A stretch of 64,000 nucleotides of DNA. Origin: an uncultured Poribacteria bacterium (GTDB taxonomy: Bacteria; Poribacteria; WGA-4E; WGA-3G). The stretch lies in contig CATQHZ020000001.1 in the NCBI GenBank assembly GCA_958296135.2, positions 4,000,001 to 4,064,000 on the forward strand, in the 5' to 3' direction. Positions within the stretch are counted from its first letter, which is position 1. Every line of letters starts with the position of its first letter. The notes under the pieces were generated by a model that was not told where the DNA came from, made no database searches, and worked only from the letters and a program-made list of their open reading frames with translations. Of the stretch, positions 28,512 to 38,092 are shown piece after piece. Position numbers and translations under genes: made by a program.

Positions 28512-29522
28512 CTATGAATCGCACCGCGCTCGCCCAAGCACCGGATACGCCGGGTCATTGTAACCTTTCCCCGTATGCTCACCCGGCGGCACCAACGCAT
28601 CGATAGCAGCCTCATCTGCCGCACTCAGCGTGCAATCTAGACAGCCGAGGTTATCCTCCAACTGCGCCATCGTCCGCGGCCCGATGATAGCGGACGTGAT
28701 AAGCGGATTCGCCAGCACCCAGGCCAACGCGAATTGCGTGAGCGTTTTGCCGTGCGCGTCTGCCAACGGCTGCAACTGCTGTGCAACTTCATAACTCTCA
28801 TCGCGGAGCTCAGTCTGCAAAATGCGCCTATCTTTTCGCGCAGCCCGAGAACCCTTCGGCGGTTCTTGTCCAACGGAATACTTCCCAGACAGCACGCCGC
28901 GCGCTAACGGACTGTAAGGCACAACCCCTACGCCGTATTTCTGGCAAAACGGCAGCAGCTCCACCTCAGCATCGCGATTGACGATATTATAGAGCGGTTG
29001 GGCGCACACAAATTCCTCCAGCCCGAGTTCTGCGCTTGTCCATAACGCTTCGCAGACGCGCCACGCCTCAAAGTTCGAGCAGGCGATATAGCGCACTTTC
29101 CCCTGCCGAACGCAATCGTCCAGAGCACGCAACGACTCCGCAATGCGAGTCGATGCATCCCAGCGGTGCAGGTAGTACACGTCAATATAATCCGTGCCGA
29201 GGCGTTTGAGGCTCGCCTCCACTGCCGACATGATATTCACCCGATGCGAGCCGCTCTGATTCACATCGTCTCCCATCGAACCGTGGACTTTCGTCGCAAT
29301 AACCCACTTTCCCCTGTCGGATTTAACCGCCTTCCCGATGACGCGTTCCGATTCGCCATCGTTATAGACATTGGCGGTGTCCATAAAGTTAATGCCTGAA
29401 TCCAGCGCGCGGTGGATGATGCGGACAGAATCCTTCTCATTCGTTGGCCCGCCGAACATCATCGTGCCGAGGCACAGCGGCGATACCTTCACACCCGCGC
29501 GTCCAAGTGTTTTGTATTCCAT
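28512..29522 (-). CDS. Aldo/keto reductase
   Basis: LCLGTMMFG, DTANVY, IATK, YYLH, PYSPLARG. Confidence 0.95.
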   Translation of the reverse strand: MEYKTLGRAGVKVSPLCLGTMMFGGPTNEKDSVRIIHRALDSGINFMDTANVYNDGESERVIGKAVKSDRGKWVIATKVHGSMGDDVNQSGSHRVNIMSAVEASLKRLGTDYIDVYYLHRWDASTRIAESLRALDDCVRQGKVRYIACSNFEAWRVCEALWTSAELGLEEFVCAQPLYNIVNRDAEVELLPFCQKYGVGVVPYSPLARGVLSGKYSVGQEPPKGSRAARKDRRILQTELRDESYEVAQQLQPLADAHGKTLTQFALAWVLANPLITSAIIGPRTMAQLEDNLGCLDCTLSAADEAAIDALVPPGEHTGKGYNDPAYPVLGRARCDS

Positions 29523-29574
29523 GATTAGGCTCCTTTCTACGTTATTCCCTGCAGCACATTTTCGTCACTTCGCA

Positions 29575-30306
29575 TTACGCCATTCGTATCCCGCCGTTGA
29601 CATCAAGCGTTGCACCGGTGAGATACCGTCCCTCTTCCGATGCGAGGAAGAGAATGGCAGTCGCAATCTCCGAAGCATCGGCAACGCGCCCGAGCGGAAT
29701 CTGGGCTGTCATATCCGGATGGTTTTTCGCCATCTCCGTCGCGGCGATACCCGGCGCGATAGAGTTCACCGTTATCCCATACTCGCCGAGCACCCGCGCC
29801 AACGATTTCGTCAGACACATCACCCCCGCTTTTGAAGCAGAATAAGGGGCAGACGCAACGATGCCGCCCACCTGTCCCGCCAACGAACCGAGGTTGATGA
29901 TTCTCCCAGACCTTTGCGTTTTCATCGTCTCCATCACCGCTTGCGAACAGAGAAAGGGGCCCTTGAGATTGACAGCCATCATCCGGTCCCATTCTTCTTC
30001 GGTGCAGGCATCAATGCGAGTATAACTGAAAATGCCGGCGTTGTTGACGAGGATATCGATGCGCCCAAATTCGGCAAGCGTCTGGCGCACCATCGTTCGC
30101 ACCGATTCGCCATTAGAGACATCCGTTTCAATGACTTTGCATTTTCGGCCGAGTGCCTGAATCTCAGCGGCGGCCGCCTCAGCGTTAGCGATATTCACTT
30201 CGGGGATGACAATTTCCGCGCCTGCCCTTGCGAAAGCGAGGCATGTCGCTTTTCCAATGCCGCCCCCGCCGCCTGTTACAATGGCTACTTGTCCTGCCAA
30301 TCGCAT
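29575..30306 (-). CDS. SDR family oxidoreductase (FabG-like)
   Basis: TGGGGGIG, NNAG, YSASK; ATG 30306 with AGGAG RBS. Confidence 0.93.
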   Translation of the reverse strand: MRLAGQVAIVTGGGGGIGKATCLAFARAGAEIVIPEVNIANAEAAAAEIQALGRKCKVIETDVSNGESVRTMVRQTLAEFGRIDILVNNAGIFSYTRIDACTEEEWDRMMAVNLKGPFLCSQAVMETMKTQRSGRIINLGSLAGQVGGIVASAPYSASKAGVMCLTKSLARVLGEYGITVNSIAPGIAATEMAKNHPDMTAQIPLGRVADASEIATAILFLASEEGRYLTGATLDVNGGIRMA

Positions 30307-30596
30307 GTCTGTTTCTCCTTTCAATCAGAACGGTTCAGTTTTCAACGGAAACGGCATTTCTACCGGTAGGAGGGACATCCCTGTCCCGATGCTTGCGGCT
30401 CTACCGGTAGGAGGGACATCCCTGTCCCGATGCTTTCGGTACCGAGACGCGGGAGGGCTCTCCTACTGCAGAAAACGAAATCGTCCTGCCTCTCAATTTT
30501 TTTCTTGCAAAATTACACTAAATTTGGTAACATATTACCATTATCACACGAACGCTGTAAAAAGTCAAACACCTACTGAAAAGGAGACTTTGGATT

Positions 30597-31415
30597 ATGA
30601 GACACCCCGAATTTTTGCGCTGGACGCTGCTCGCGCTAGTGTTTTCCTTCGTTTGCACAGCGGCGGCACAAAACTATTATCCGGCTACTATCGGAAATAC
30701 GTGGGTTTTAGAGAGTGACACCGGCGAAGACCGGCGCACCTACACCCTAGAGGGCCCCGAAACCGTCGATGGAAAAGAACTCACCATCCTTAAAATCGAG
30801 ACCGAGGCACCCGACATTGAAACCACCGACATTGACCTGTATTTCGTAAGTGTCGGTGATGAAGAAATCGGGCTGCACAAAACCATCTTGGACGAAGGCG
30901 TACTTGGCATCGTAACTGCTGTTTTTGAACCAGCCGCCACTTTCTTCCGATTACGGTTAGCGGTAGGCGATAAGTGGCTAATCTCAGCGGAACTCAAACT
31001 GGCCGTATTAGGCAGAGAGATCGACTTGGAGAACATTACCGATGTAGAAGTCGTCGACGTTGAAACGGTGGAAACGCCCGCGGGCACCTTTGAGAACTGC
31101 GCCAAGATTGCCTTGCGGCAGCGCGTCAAATCCCCGTTCCTCAATCTGGACTCGACTTCCTATCAATGGTTGGCACCCAATGTCGGCCCCGTCAAATATC
31201 TCAACAGTGACGGCATCGAATACAACCTTGTCAACTCCAAGGTTGGCGAACCAAGTGGCGAGCCAAGTTACGACGTGACCGGCGATGGAGTCGTTAACAT
31301 CTTGGATCTGGTATTCGTCGCCTCGCGCTTCGGGCAGGCAGACGCGACGGCAGATGTGAACGGTGATGGTGTCATTAACATTCTGGATTTAACGCTCATC
31401 GCACAGAATTTCTGA
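30597..31415 (+). CDS. Secreted TapB/DUF3108-like domain protein + dockerin
   Basis: Signal peptide, QNYYP, TPAGTFENC, YQWLAPNVGPVK, twin DVxGDG dockerin loops. Confidence 0.8.
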   Translation: MRHPEFLRWTLLALVFSFVCTAAAQNYYPATIGNTWVLESDTGEDRRTYTLEGPETVDGKELTILKIETEAPDIETTDIDLYFVSVGDEEIGLHKTILDEGVLGIVTAVFEPAATFFRLRLAVGDKWLISAELKLAVLGREIDLENITDVEVVDVETVETPAGTFENCAKIALRQRVKSPFLNLDSTSYQWLAPNVGPVKYLNSDGIEYNLVNSKVGEPSGEPSYDVTGDGVVNILDLVFVASRFGQADATADVNGDGVINILDLTLIAQNF

Positions 31416-31638
31416 GCACGCAGCGTCGTCATCCGTAGGGCGAGGGCCCGGCGAGCACGAATCGCCGAGGGTTTCCCTCGCCGTACCAAGGTCTGACGAG
31501 AAGCAGAAAACACGAGTCGTTATCCGTAGGGCGAGGGCCTGTCCCTCGCCGTGCCAAGGTCTGACGAGAAAACGTTCCTTCCGCAGCGATAAAAAACTTG
31601 CAAATAAACGCTCAATCGCGTAAAATAAAAAGGACACC

Positions 31639-31866
31639 ATGGTAACGTGGAAATTGGCGTTAGCCGTTATCATCATCGCTATCCTCCTGATGCTCGCCGG
31701 GATGTGGGTTGGATACCGCTACGTGAGACAGCAGGATGACATCACGCCGGCGGCGCGGGGTGAAAATCCGCGCACGCTAGGTTTAACCGCAATCGCGGAA
31801 CAGACTCGTCCCAACTGGGACACTAACGTCAGGATAGGGCTGATACCAAATCAACGCGCTTTATAG
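31639..31866 (+). CDS. Small single-TM hypothetical protein
   Basis: TTGCAA-17-TAAAAT promoter, AAGGA RBS, hydrophobic N-terminus. Confidence 0.45.
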   Translation: MVTWKLALAVIIIAILLMLAGMWVGYRYVRQQDDITPAARGENPRTLGLTAIAEQTRPNWDTNVRIGLIPNQRAL

Positions 31867-31935
31867 GGCGAGATCGGGAGAACTCAAACTACAGCGGGGA
31901 ATTTGGCTTGATACCGATCCGGACATCAATTTCAG

Positions 31936-32010
31936 AGGACTGACGTACCCCCGGTAGGCGCGCGTACAACGCGCAACTACCGGACAGAAAACGAAATGGC
32001 GGTCAGTCCT
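31936..32010. mobile_element. MITE-like element (AGGACTGAC...GTCAGTCCT) enclosing a GTAG hairpin
   Basis: 9-bp inverted ends, 75 bp long, internal GTAGGCGCGCG..CGCGCAACTAC. Confidence 0.55.
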
Positions 32011-32036
32011 AAATGTAAAAAAAGGAGATCTGACTG

Positions 32037-34175
32037 ATGAAAAATATCGTACGCATGCGTTGGCTAATGCCAATTCTGGTATTCAGCTTGGTGTGCAGCT
32101 TCAATTTGACAGCAGCTGCACAGAATTATTATCCCTCCGCCACTGGCAATATGTGGACATTAACTAGCGTCGATGGCACAGAGCAACGCACCTATTCGCT
32201 TGAAGCCCCCGACATTGAAGTCGGTGAAGGGATTGTCCGCCTTAAAATCGCAACCGCAACCGTCGGCACAGACACGGTGGACATCGACAACTACTACGTC
32301 ACCGTCGATGCGGAAGGGATTAAACTGCACCAAAGTATTACGGACGAAGGCGCGTTCGGCATCGCCGAAGCGCAGTTTGATCCGCCGGCTAGTTTTTTCC
32401 CACTGCCGTTAGCTGCAGGGGATGCCTGGCAGATTGTCGCCGAGACCGAACTGAAACTCGTCGGCGCAACAACCAGCACCACTAGCGCAGAAGTTGTCGC
32501 ACTTGAGACAGTCACAACGCCCGCGGGCACCTTTGATAACTGTGTCAAGATTCAGTTGAACCGTAGGGTTGTCACGCGCCTCGTCACAACGCGCTCAACC
32601 TCCTATCAGTGGCTGGCACCCGATGTCGGCCCCGTCAAATATCAGAATGACCAGGATGTTGTCTATGAATTGACGAATTACAACGTTCTTCCCGAGACAC
32701 CGGTGGTAGAAGAACCTATCGCCGAAGAAATGGAAACACCGGAAGTGCCAGAAACAGAGGAACCGGCGGATGAGGAAACTGGCGGAGAAGAACCAGCCGC
32801 TGAGGAAACTGTAGAAACTGTCGAACCGGTGGCACCCGAAGAACCGGCGGATGAGGAAACTGGCGCAGAAGAACCAGCCGCTGAGGAAACTGATGGAGAA
32901 GAACCAACTACTGAAGAACCGGCGGATGAGGAAACTGACGGAGAAGAACCAGCCGCTGAGGAAACTGTAGAAACTGTCGAACCGGTGGCACCCGAAGAAC
33001 CTGCCACAGGCGAACAGGTGATGCCAGCCGGCCCCAGTTTCGAGCTCGCACTGGAACCGGGATTGAACCTGATCTCTGTCCCACTGATGCCAGCCGAACC
33101 TTACACGGCGAAATCGCTCGCGGATATGTTAGGCGCAACGGTTGTCATCAAACTGGATTCGATGACTAAGGAATTTGTCGCCTACTCCATCGCGGAAGGT
33201 GATGACGGCTTTGCAATCGGCGGCGACCGCGGCTATATCGTCAATACCCCGGCCGGCGGGATGGTGACGTTCACGGGAGAAGCGTGGACAAATCTGCCTG
33301 CGGAAAAACCCGATGTTGAGGCACCAGCCGTAGAAGAACCCGCCGCTGAGGAACCTGTTGTCGTCGTGGAACCCGCCGCAGAAGAACCCGTTGTCGCTGA
33401 GACACCGGCAGCAGAAGAACCCGCCGAGGAACCTGTTGTCGTCGTGGAACCCGCCGCAGAAGAACCCGTTGTCGCTGAGACACCGGCAGCAGAAGAACCC
33501 GCCGAGGAACCTGTTGTCGCTGAGGGTGAAGGCGAAGCACCCGCTGCCCCGGCTCTCCGCATCTACAACAACGCATGGGCGTTCGTCGTCACCAGCGATT
33601 TGCAGGGAATGGAAGCCGGCGCGTCCTACACCGTCGTCGCAGAAAACCTGCGCACTGGCATTGTCACCACGAAGAGGGTTACCGGTGACGCGCAGCGCAG
33701 CTCCGCCGCTTGGGCAGATCTGAATCGCAAGAGCGTCGTGGAAGCCGGCGATAAACTGGAAGTCGCGCTCTACGATGCGCGCGGCACCATCGTCTCCGGG
33801 CCCTTCCAGCGCACCGTGACGACAGCGGATATCCGCAACGCCTATCTCACACTGCAACTGAGAGTCGGCGATGTGCAACCGAAGGATACCATCCTCGCGC
33901 AAAACTTCCCGAATCCGTTCAATCCAGAAACTTGGATCCCCTATCAGTTGAGCAAATCGACTGAAGTCACGCTCCAGATTTACGACATCTCTGGGCGTTT
34001 GGTTCGGACGTTGGAACTGGGATGGAAGCCGACCGGTTCTTATATGACGCGGTCTAGTGCGGCGTATTGGGATGGCAGAAACGAACTTGGCGAACGCGTC
34101 GCGAGCGGCACCTATTTTTATACGCTCCAGACGCAAGATTTCGCCGCCACCCGCCGGATGGTGATTCTCAAGTAG
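32037..34175 (+). CDS. Secreted TapB/DUF3108-like domain + acidic Pro/Glu repeat linkers + FlgD/T9SS-like C-terminal domain
   Basis: QNYYP...YQWLAPDVGPVK; EEPA repeats; NFPNPFNPETW...RRMVILK. Confidence 0.85.
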   Translation: MKNIVRMRWLMPILVFSLVCSFNLTAAAQNYYPSATGNMWTLTSVDGTEQRTYSLEAPDIEVGEGIVRLKIATATVGTDTVDIDNYYVTVDAEGIKLHQSITDEGAFGIAEAQFDPPASFFPLPLAAGDAWQIVAETELKLVGATTSTTSAEVVALETVTTPAGTFDNCVKIQLNRRVVTRLVTTRSTSYQWLAPDVGPVKYQNDQDVVYELTNYNVLPETPVVEEPIAEEMETPEVPETEEPADEETGGEEPAAEETVETVEPVAPEEPADEETGAEEPAAEETDGEEPTTEEPADEETDGEEPAAEETVETVEPVAPEEPATGEQVMPAGPSFELALEPGLNLISVPLMPAEPYTAKSLADMLGATVVIKLDSMTKEFVAYSIAEGDDGFAIGGDRGYIVNTPAGGMVTFTGEAWTNLPAEKPDVEAPAVEEPAAEEPVVVVEPAAEEPVVAETPAAEEPAEEPVVVVEPAAEEPVVAETPAAEEPAEEPVVAEGEGEAPAAPALRIYNNAWAFVVTSDLQGMEAGASYTVVAENLRTGIVTTKRVTGDAQRSSAAWADLNRKSVVEAGDKLEVALYDARGTIVSGPFQRTVTTADIRNAYLTLQLRVGDVQPKDTILAQNFPNPFNPETWIPYQLSKSTEVTLQIYDISGRLVRTLELGWKPTGSYMTRSSAAYWDGRNELGERVASGTYFYTLQTQDFAATRRMVILK

Positions 34176-34251
34176 CCATCGCTGATAAAAAACGCTCCGA
34201 GTCACCGGCACACCGCTGATTTGGGGCGTTTTTTTATGGAAGGAAAATCAA

Positions 34252-35046
34252 ATGCGCGTAAACAGCCTATTTGTGCTACCGCTATCGCTTTTACTAATCA
34301 GCAGCGTTGCGATGGCAGCACAAAACTATTATCCCATGGATATCGGCAACGTGTGGGTTTTAGAGAACCAAGACAGCACGGAACGAAGCACCTACACCGT
34401 TGAAGCAACTGGGGAGCAGGTCCGCCTGCTCAAAATGACGACAGAAACCCTAGGGACAGACGTTACCACGACAAACCGCGCTTTCGTAGAGGACACCGAA
34501 GATGGAATCAAGATCCACAAAATCATCGCAGACCTCGGCACAGTGTTCGGCGTAGCGAACGTTGATTTTTCGCCGCCTGCCACCTTTTTCCCGTCACCGA
34601 TGAAACTCGGCACCTCGTGGGAACTTGAGGCAACCACCGAGGTCAACCTCCTCGGCCCCGTGACACTTACCACGAATGCCGAAGTTATCGCATTAGAAGA
34701 TGTGATAACCCCTGCAGGAACGTTCAAACACTGCTTCAAAATTCGGTTGCGAAGCAAAACACGTTCCGCGTTGTTAACGAGCCGCTCCACTCTCTATCAA
34801 TGGCTGGCACCGAACATCGGTCCCGTGAGAATTGAAACCGATCAGGATATTGTATTTGAGCTCGTCTATTCCAATTTGATTTATGACGTGACAGGCGATG
34901 GGATTATCAACATCTTGGATCTGACGTTTGTGGCATCGCGTATTGGTCAGCCTGCGCCAGAGGCAGATGTCAACGGCGATGGCATTGTGAATATTTTGGA
35001 TTTGGTGCTTATCGCGCAGCATTTTGCTTCCCGACTTCCACCGTAG
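34252..35046 (+). CDS. Secreted TapB/DUF3108-like domain protein + dockerin
   Basis: Paralog of 30597; TPAGTFKHC, YQWLAPNIGP, DVTGDG/DVNGDG. Confidence 0.8.
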   Translation: MRVNSLFVLPLSLLLISSVAMAAQNYYPMDIGNVWVLENQDSTERSTYTVEATGEQVRLLKMTTETLGTDVTTTNRAFVEDTEDGIKIHKIIADLGTVFGVANVDFSPPATFFPSPMKLGTSWELEATTEVNLLGPVTLTTNAEVIALEDVITPAGTFKHCFKIRLRSKTRSALLTSRSTLYQWLAPNIGPVRIETDQDIVFELVYSNLIYDVTGDGIINILDLTFVASRIGQPAPEADVNGDGIVNILDLVLIAQHFASRLPP

Positions 35047-36192
35047 CGCGGCGGCCTGTCCGCCGCGATCGCCCGATCCCCCAAACGGCCCCTTTTACCG
35101 TAGCGCGAGGGCCCGGCGATCGCGAATCGCCGAGGGTTCCCCTCGCGATCTCTCGACCCACACCAAAACCGGCCGCAGCCCAGAGACCGCGAACGCTTTC
35201 TGTGACGACCGAGGCATGGCGAGGCACAGGACCTCGCCCTACGGTGCGCGGGGCGGCTTGTGTCTGCCGTAGCGCGAGGGCCGTCACGCCGAAACTTTGT
35301 CCTCTCTGCCGCCTCGCTGCAGATATGTCCACTGTCCCTCGCGATCCTCCGACCTGAACAAAGAACATCCCTTTTACCGTAGCGCGAGGGCCGTTACGCC
35401 GAAACGTTGTCATCTCTGCAGCCTCGCTGCAGAGATGTCCACTGTCCCTCGCGATCTCTCGATCCACACGAAAAACACCACTGCCACCGGAGCGCGAGGG
35501 CCGTCACGCCGAAACTTTGTCCTCTCTGCCGCCTCGCTGCAGATATGTCCACTGTCCCTCGCGAACGCCCGATCCAAACGAAAACCTCCCGCAGTCCAGC
35601 GGCCGCGAACGCTTTCTGTGACGACCGAGGCATGGCGAGGCACAGGACCTCGCCCTACGGTGCGCGGGGCGGCTTGTGGCTGCCGTAGCGCGAGGGCCGT
35701 TACGCCGAAAGGTTGTCATCTCTGCAGTCCCGCTGCAGAGATGTCTACTGTCCCTCGCGATCCCCCGATCCACACCAAAACCGGCCGGGGCCCTGGCTTC
35801 GCCTGTTTTTTGATGCGAGCAAGCACGGCGAGGCACAGGACCTCGCCCTACGGGCCGCAGGGCCGATTTGCCTCTCACTACCGTAGCGCGAGGGCCCGGC
35901 GAGCGCGAATCGCCGAGGGGTCCCCTCGCGATCGCCAGATCCAAACGAAAACCACCGCCTTGCACCGTAGCGCGAGGGCCTGTCCCTCGCGATCGTCCGA
36001 TCCACACGAAAGCCGTCCGCAGCCCAGAGACCGCGAACGCTTTCTGATGCGACCGAGGCATGGCGAGGCACAGGCCCTCGCCCTACGGTGAAAGGAACGC
36101 GCGCGGCACGGCGAGGGACAGGCCCTCGCCCTACGGTAAAAGGAACGCGCGCGGCACGGCGAGGCATCGGGACCAGGAGGTCCCTCCTACCG
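35043..36192. repeat. Large family-A REP/REPIN array (orientation opposite to the 17.6-18.6 kb array)
   Basis: GTAGCGCGAGGG..CCCTCGCGAT and GGCGAGGCACAGG..CCTCGCCCTAC units with the same loop inserts. Confidence 0.9.
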
Positions 36193-36217
36193 GACACTTT
36201 TTTCACGCGAAAACAAC

Positions 36218-37804
36218 CTATTTATTTTCTGGATCTTCAGATGAATTCCGGCATGCTATAGACTCGCGCGCATCCAACGTCAAATCACTCCAGGGCGCAT
36301 CCCGCATCTGCCACGCAAACGTGAGCGGCGACTCGCCGCCGTTATAGAAAACCACTTCCGCGCCAGAATCCGCGCCAATCAGAGGCCGCACGAGAGAGAG
36401 GAGCGGCGATGGCAGATGTGGTTCTCCGTTTTGCCGTTTGACATGCAAAATCGGCACAATCTCACTCTGAATGTCACGCGTGCCGAGCAAAAGCGGTCCG
36501 TAGCATGCCGTCACCGCGCCTTGTCCCCAGTTGCGTCCATGGCCGGCGGCGACAGAGCAGACTGCGCCGCCCATATCGGCGTGCTCCCTCCCACCGCGCA
36601 ACACGCGCCGGGCGATAGTCAAACGCGTCGCAGCACCTCCCAACGCCCGCGCCGCGAACGATACATCCCCCGTTACTTGATACGCGAGCGTCAACGTCGC
36701 AGTCGACGGTTCACGAATCGGTTTGACAGAGCCGTCATCTGCCCATTCTCCCCAGTATGCCATATCGGCGCGTTTTCCAACCCCGGGTTCGCGGCGGCGA
36801 ATCTCCTGCGGAAACACAAGCGCGAGCAAATCCGGCGGAGAAGCCGGCAGCTTCTCCACCTGCGCACGGATGTCGGCATCGAAGACAGCATCGTTAAATG
36901 TCCAGCGATAATAACTGAGCGCGGCTGCAGCCGGATCATTGTAAGGGTCGCGCAGGGAATCCACTAGCGGTCCAACGATGCGCTTCGCTGCCCTCTGGAA
37001 AACAGTGTCACCGGACAGCCGATACAGAGCTCCGAGTGCATAGATGGCACCGGAGGCGAGGAGGACTTCAATGCCTGCACTCGGGTCGTTCGGGACGTGG
37101 TGTGTGCTTGCAACAAGCCGATGTAAATTCTTGGCATCGACCTCCGTCTCGCTGAGCCCATTTCCGTCCAAATCCCAAAGCAACGGCATCGGGTCTGGCG
37201 CGGCGACGAGGCGTTCAGCCCGCTTCTTCCCGTAGCGCAACGCCCACTCCAGATAGCGGCTTTCGCGCGTGACACGATACGCCGCGAGGGCGATGTGAAT
37301 AAATCGGAAGTGCTCCGCCAATTCATAAGCGTCCTTCTCGGCGTTCTCCACAAAACGACTGCCGATGTTATAGCCGATGAAGGTATCGCGTTCATAATCA
37401 TACCACGGCGGGATTTCCGGTACCCAATTCCCGATGTGTTCGGCAGCATCTGTCAACAGCGCGACAGCTTCCGTATCTTCCGGCACTACGCCGATATAGC
37501 GCGGTAGGAAGAGCAGAAAAGGCTCAGGCCCGTGGTGCGCCTCCGCCTTCGGTTCGTACCCGTGGTGGCAATCGCGTTCCACCCATCCTGCCAGCGCGGT
37601 TTTCAGGGAACCGAAGTGTTGCAGGACAGCCGCATCCCCAGTAATCAGATAGTGAGGAAACCATGCAAGGGCATAGTTTGCTTCGTCCTCGCCGCCATCG
37701 TTTGGCCCGGGCGGATCGAGCAGCATGCTCTGTTTGAGCCACCGTCCCATTTCTGTCCTGAGCGCGGTGTAAGCAGTCCAGCATTCATGGATAAGATTTT
37801 TCAT
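36218..37804 (-). CDS. Hypothetical protein (possible alpha/alpha toroid enzyme)
   Basis: 528-aa ORF with helical Trp/Tyr-rich repeats (YRVTRESRYLEWA, YQVTGD). Confidence 0.7.
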   Translation of the reverse strand: MKNLIHECWTAYTALRTEMGRWLKQSMLLDPPGPNDGGEDEANYALAWFPHYLITGDAAVLQHFGSLKTALAGWVERDCHHGYEPKAEAHHGPEPFLLFLPRYIGVVPEDTEAVALLTDAAEHIGNWVPEIPPWYDYERDTFIGYNIGSRFVENAEKDAYELAEHFRFIHIALAAYRVTRESRYLEWALRYGKKRAERLVAAPDPMPLLWDLDGNGLSETEVDAKNLHRLVASTHHVPNDPSAGIEVLLASGAIYALGALYRLSGDTVFQRAAKRIVGPLVDSLRDPYNDPAAAALSYYRWTFNDAVFDADIRAQVEKLPASPPDLLALVFPQEIRRREPGVGKRADMAYWGEWADDGSVKPIREPSTATLTLAYQVTGDVSFAARALGGAATRLTIARRVLRGGREHADMGGAVCSVAAGHGRNWGQGAVTACYGPLLLGTRDIQSEIVPILHVKRQNGEPHLPSPLLSLVRPLIGADSGAEVVFYNGGESPLTFAWQMRDAPWSDLTLDARESIACRNSSEDPENK

Positions 37805-37829
37805 AAGTTTGCACCTACTTGCATCAAAA

Positions 37830-37868
37830 TGTCACTTTTTTCATCAGAAGGTGTTCAAAAAATAGACA
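37830..37868 (+). promoter_or_regulatory. Tandem bEBP enhancer-like boxes
   Basis: TGT-N11-TCA (37830-37846) and TGT-N11-ACA (37852-37868), offset by 22 bp. Confidence 0.5.
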
Positions 37869-37907
37869 ATATCTTCTCAAAATCGCCGAAAATCAACGAT
37901 TTCTTAT

Positions 37908-37923
37908 TGGCACAGAAATTGCT
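37908..37923 (+). promoter_or_regulatory. sigma54 (-24/-12) promoter
   Basis: TGGCACAGAAATTGCT; GG and GC separated by exactly 10 nt. Confidence 0.8.
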
Positions 37924-37933
37924 TAGACTCTTA

Positions 37934-38034
37934 ACGTAAGCCTCCTTGGGTGAGCCGGAACCACACAACCTCGGTTTGTCATGATACTGCGTTAGATGAT
38001 ATGATTGGGGCAACGTGGCTTCCGGCTCTTTTTT
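37934..38034 (+). ncRNA. Putative sigma54-dependent small RNA
   Basis: 5' tail with CCTCCTT; long hairpin GAGCCGGAACCAC/GTGGCTTCCGGCTC; T6 tract; no ORF. Confidence 0.65.
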
Positions 38035-38092
38035 CATGATAGGCATGACGCACAAACAACTGAGAAAAGAGATGGATTTTGCGTGAGGCCGA

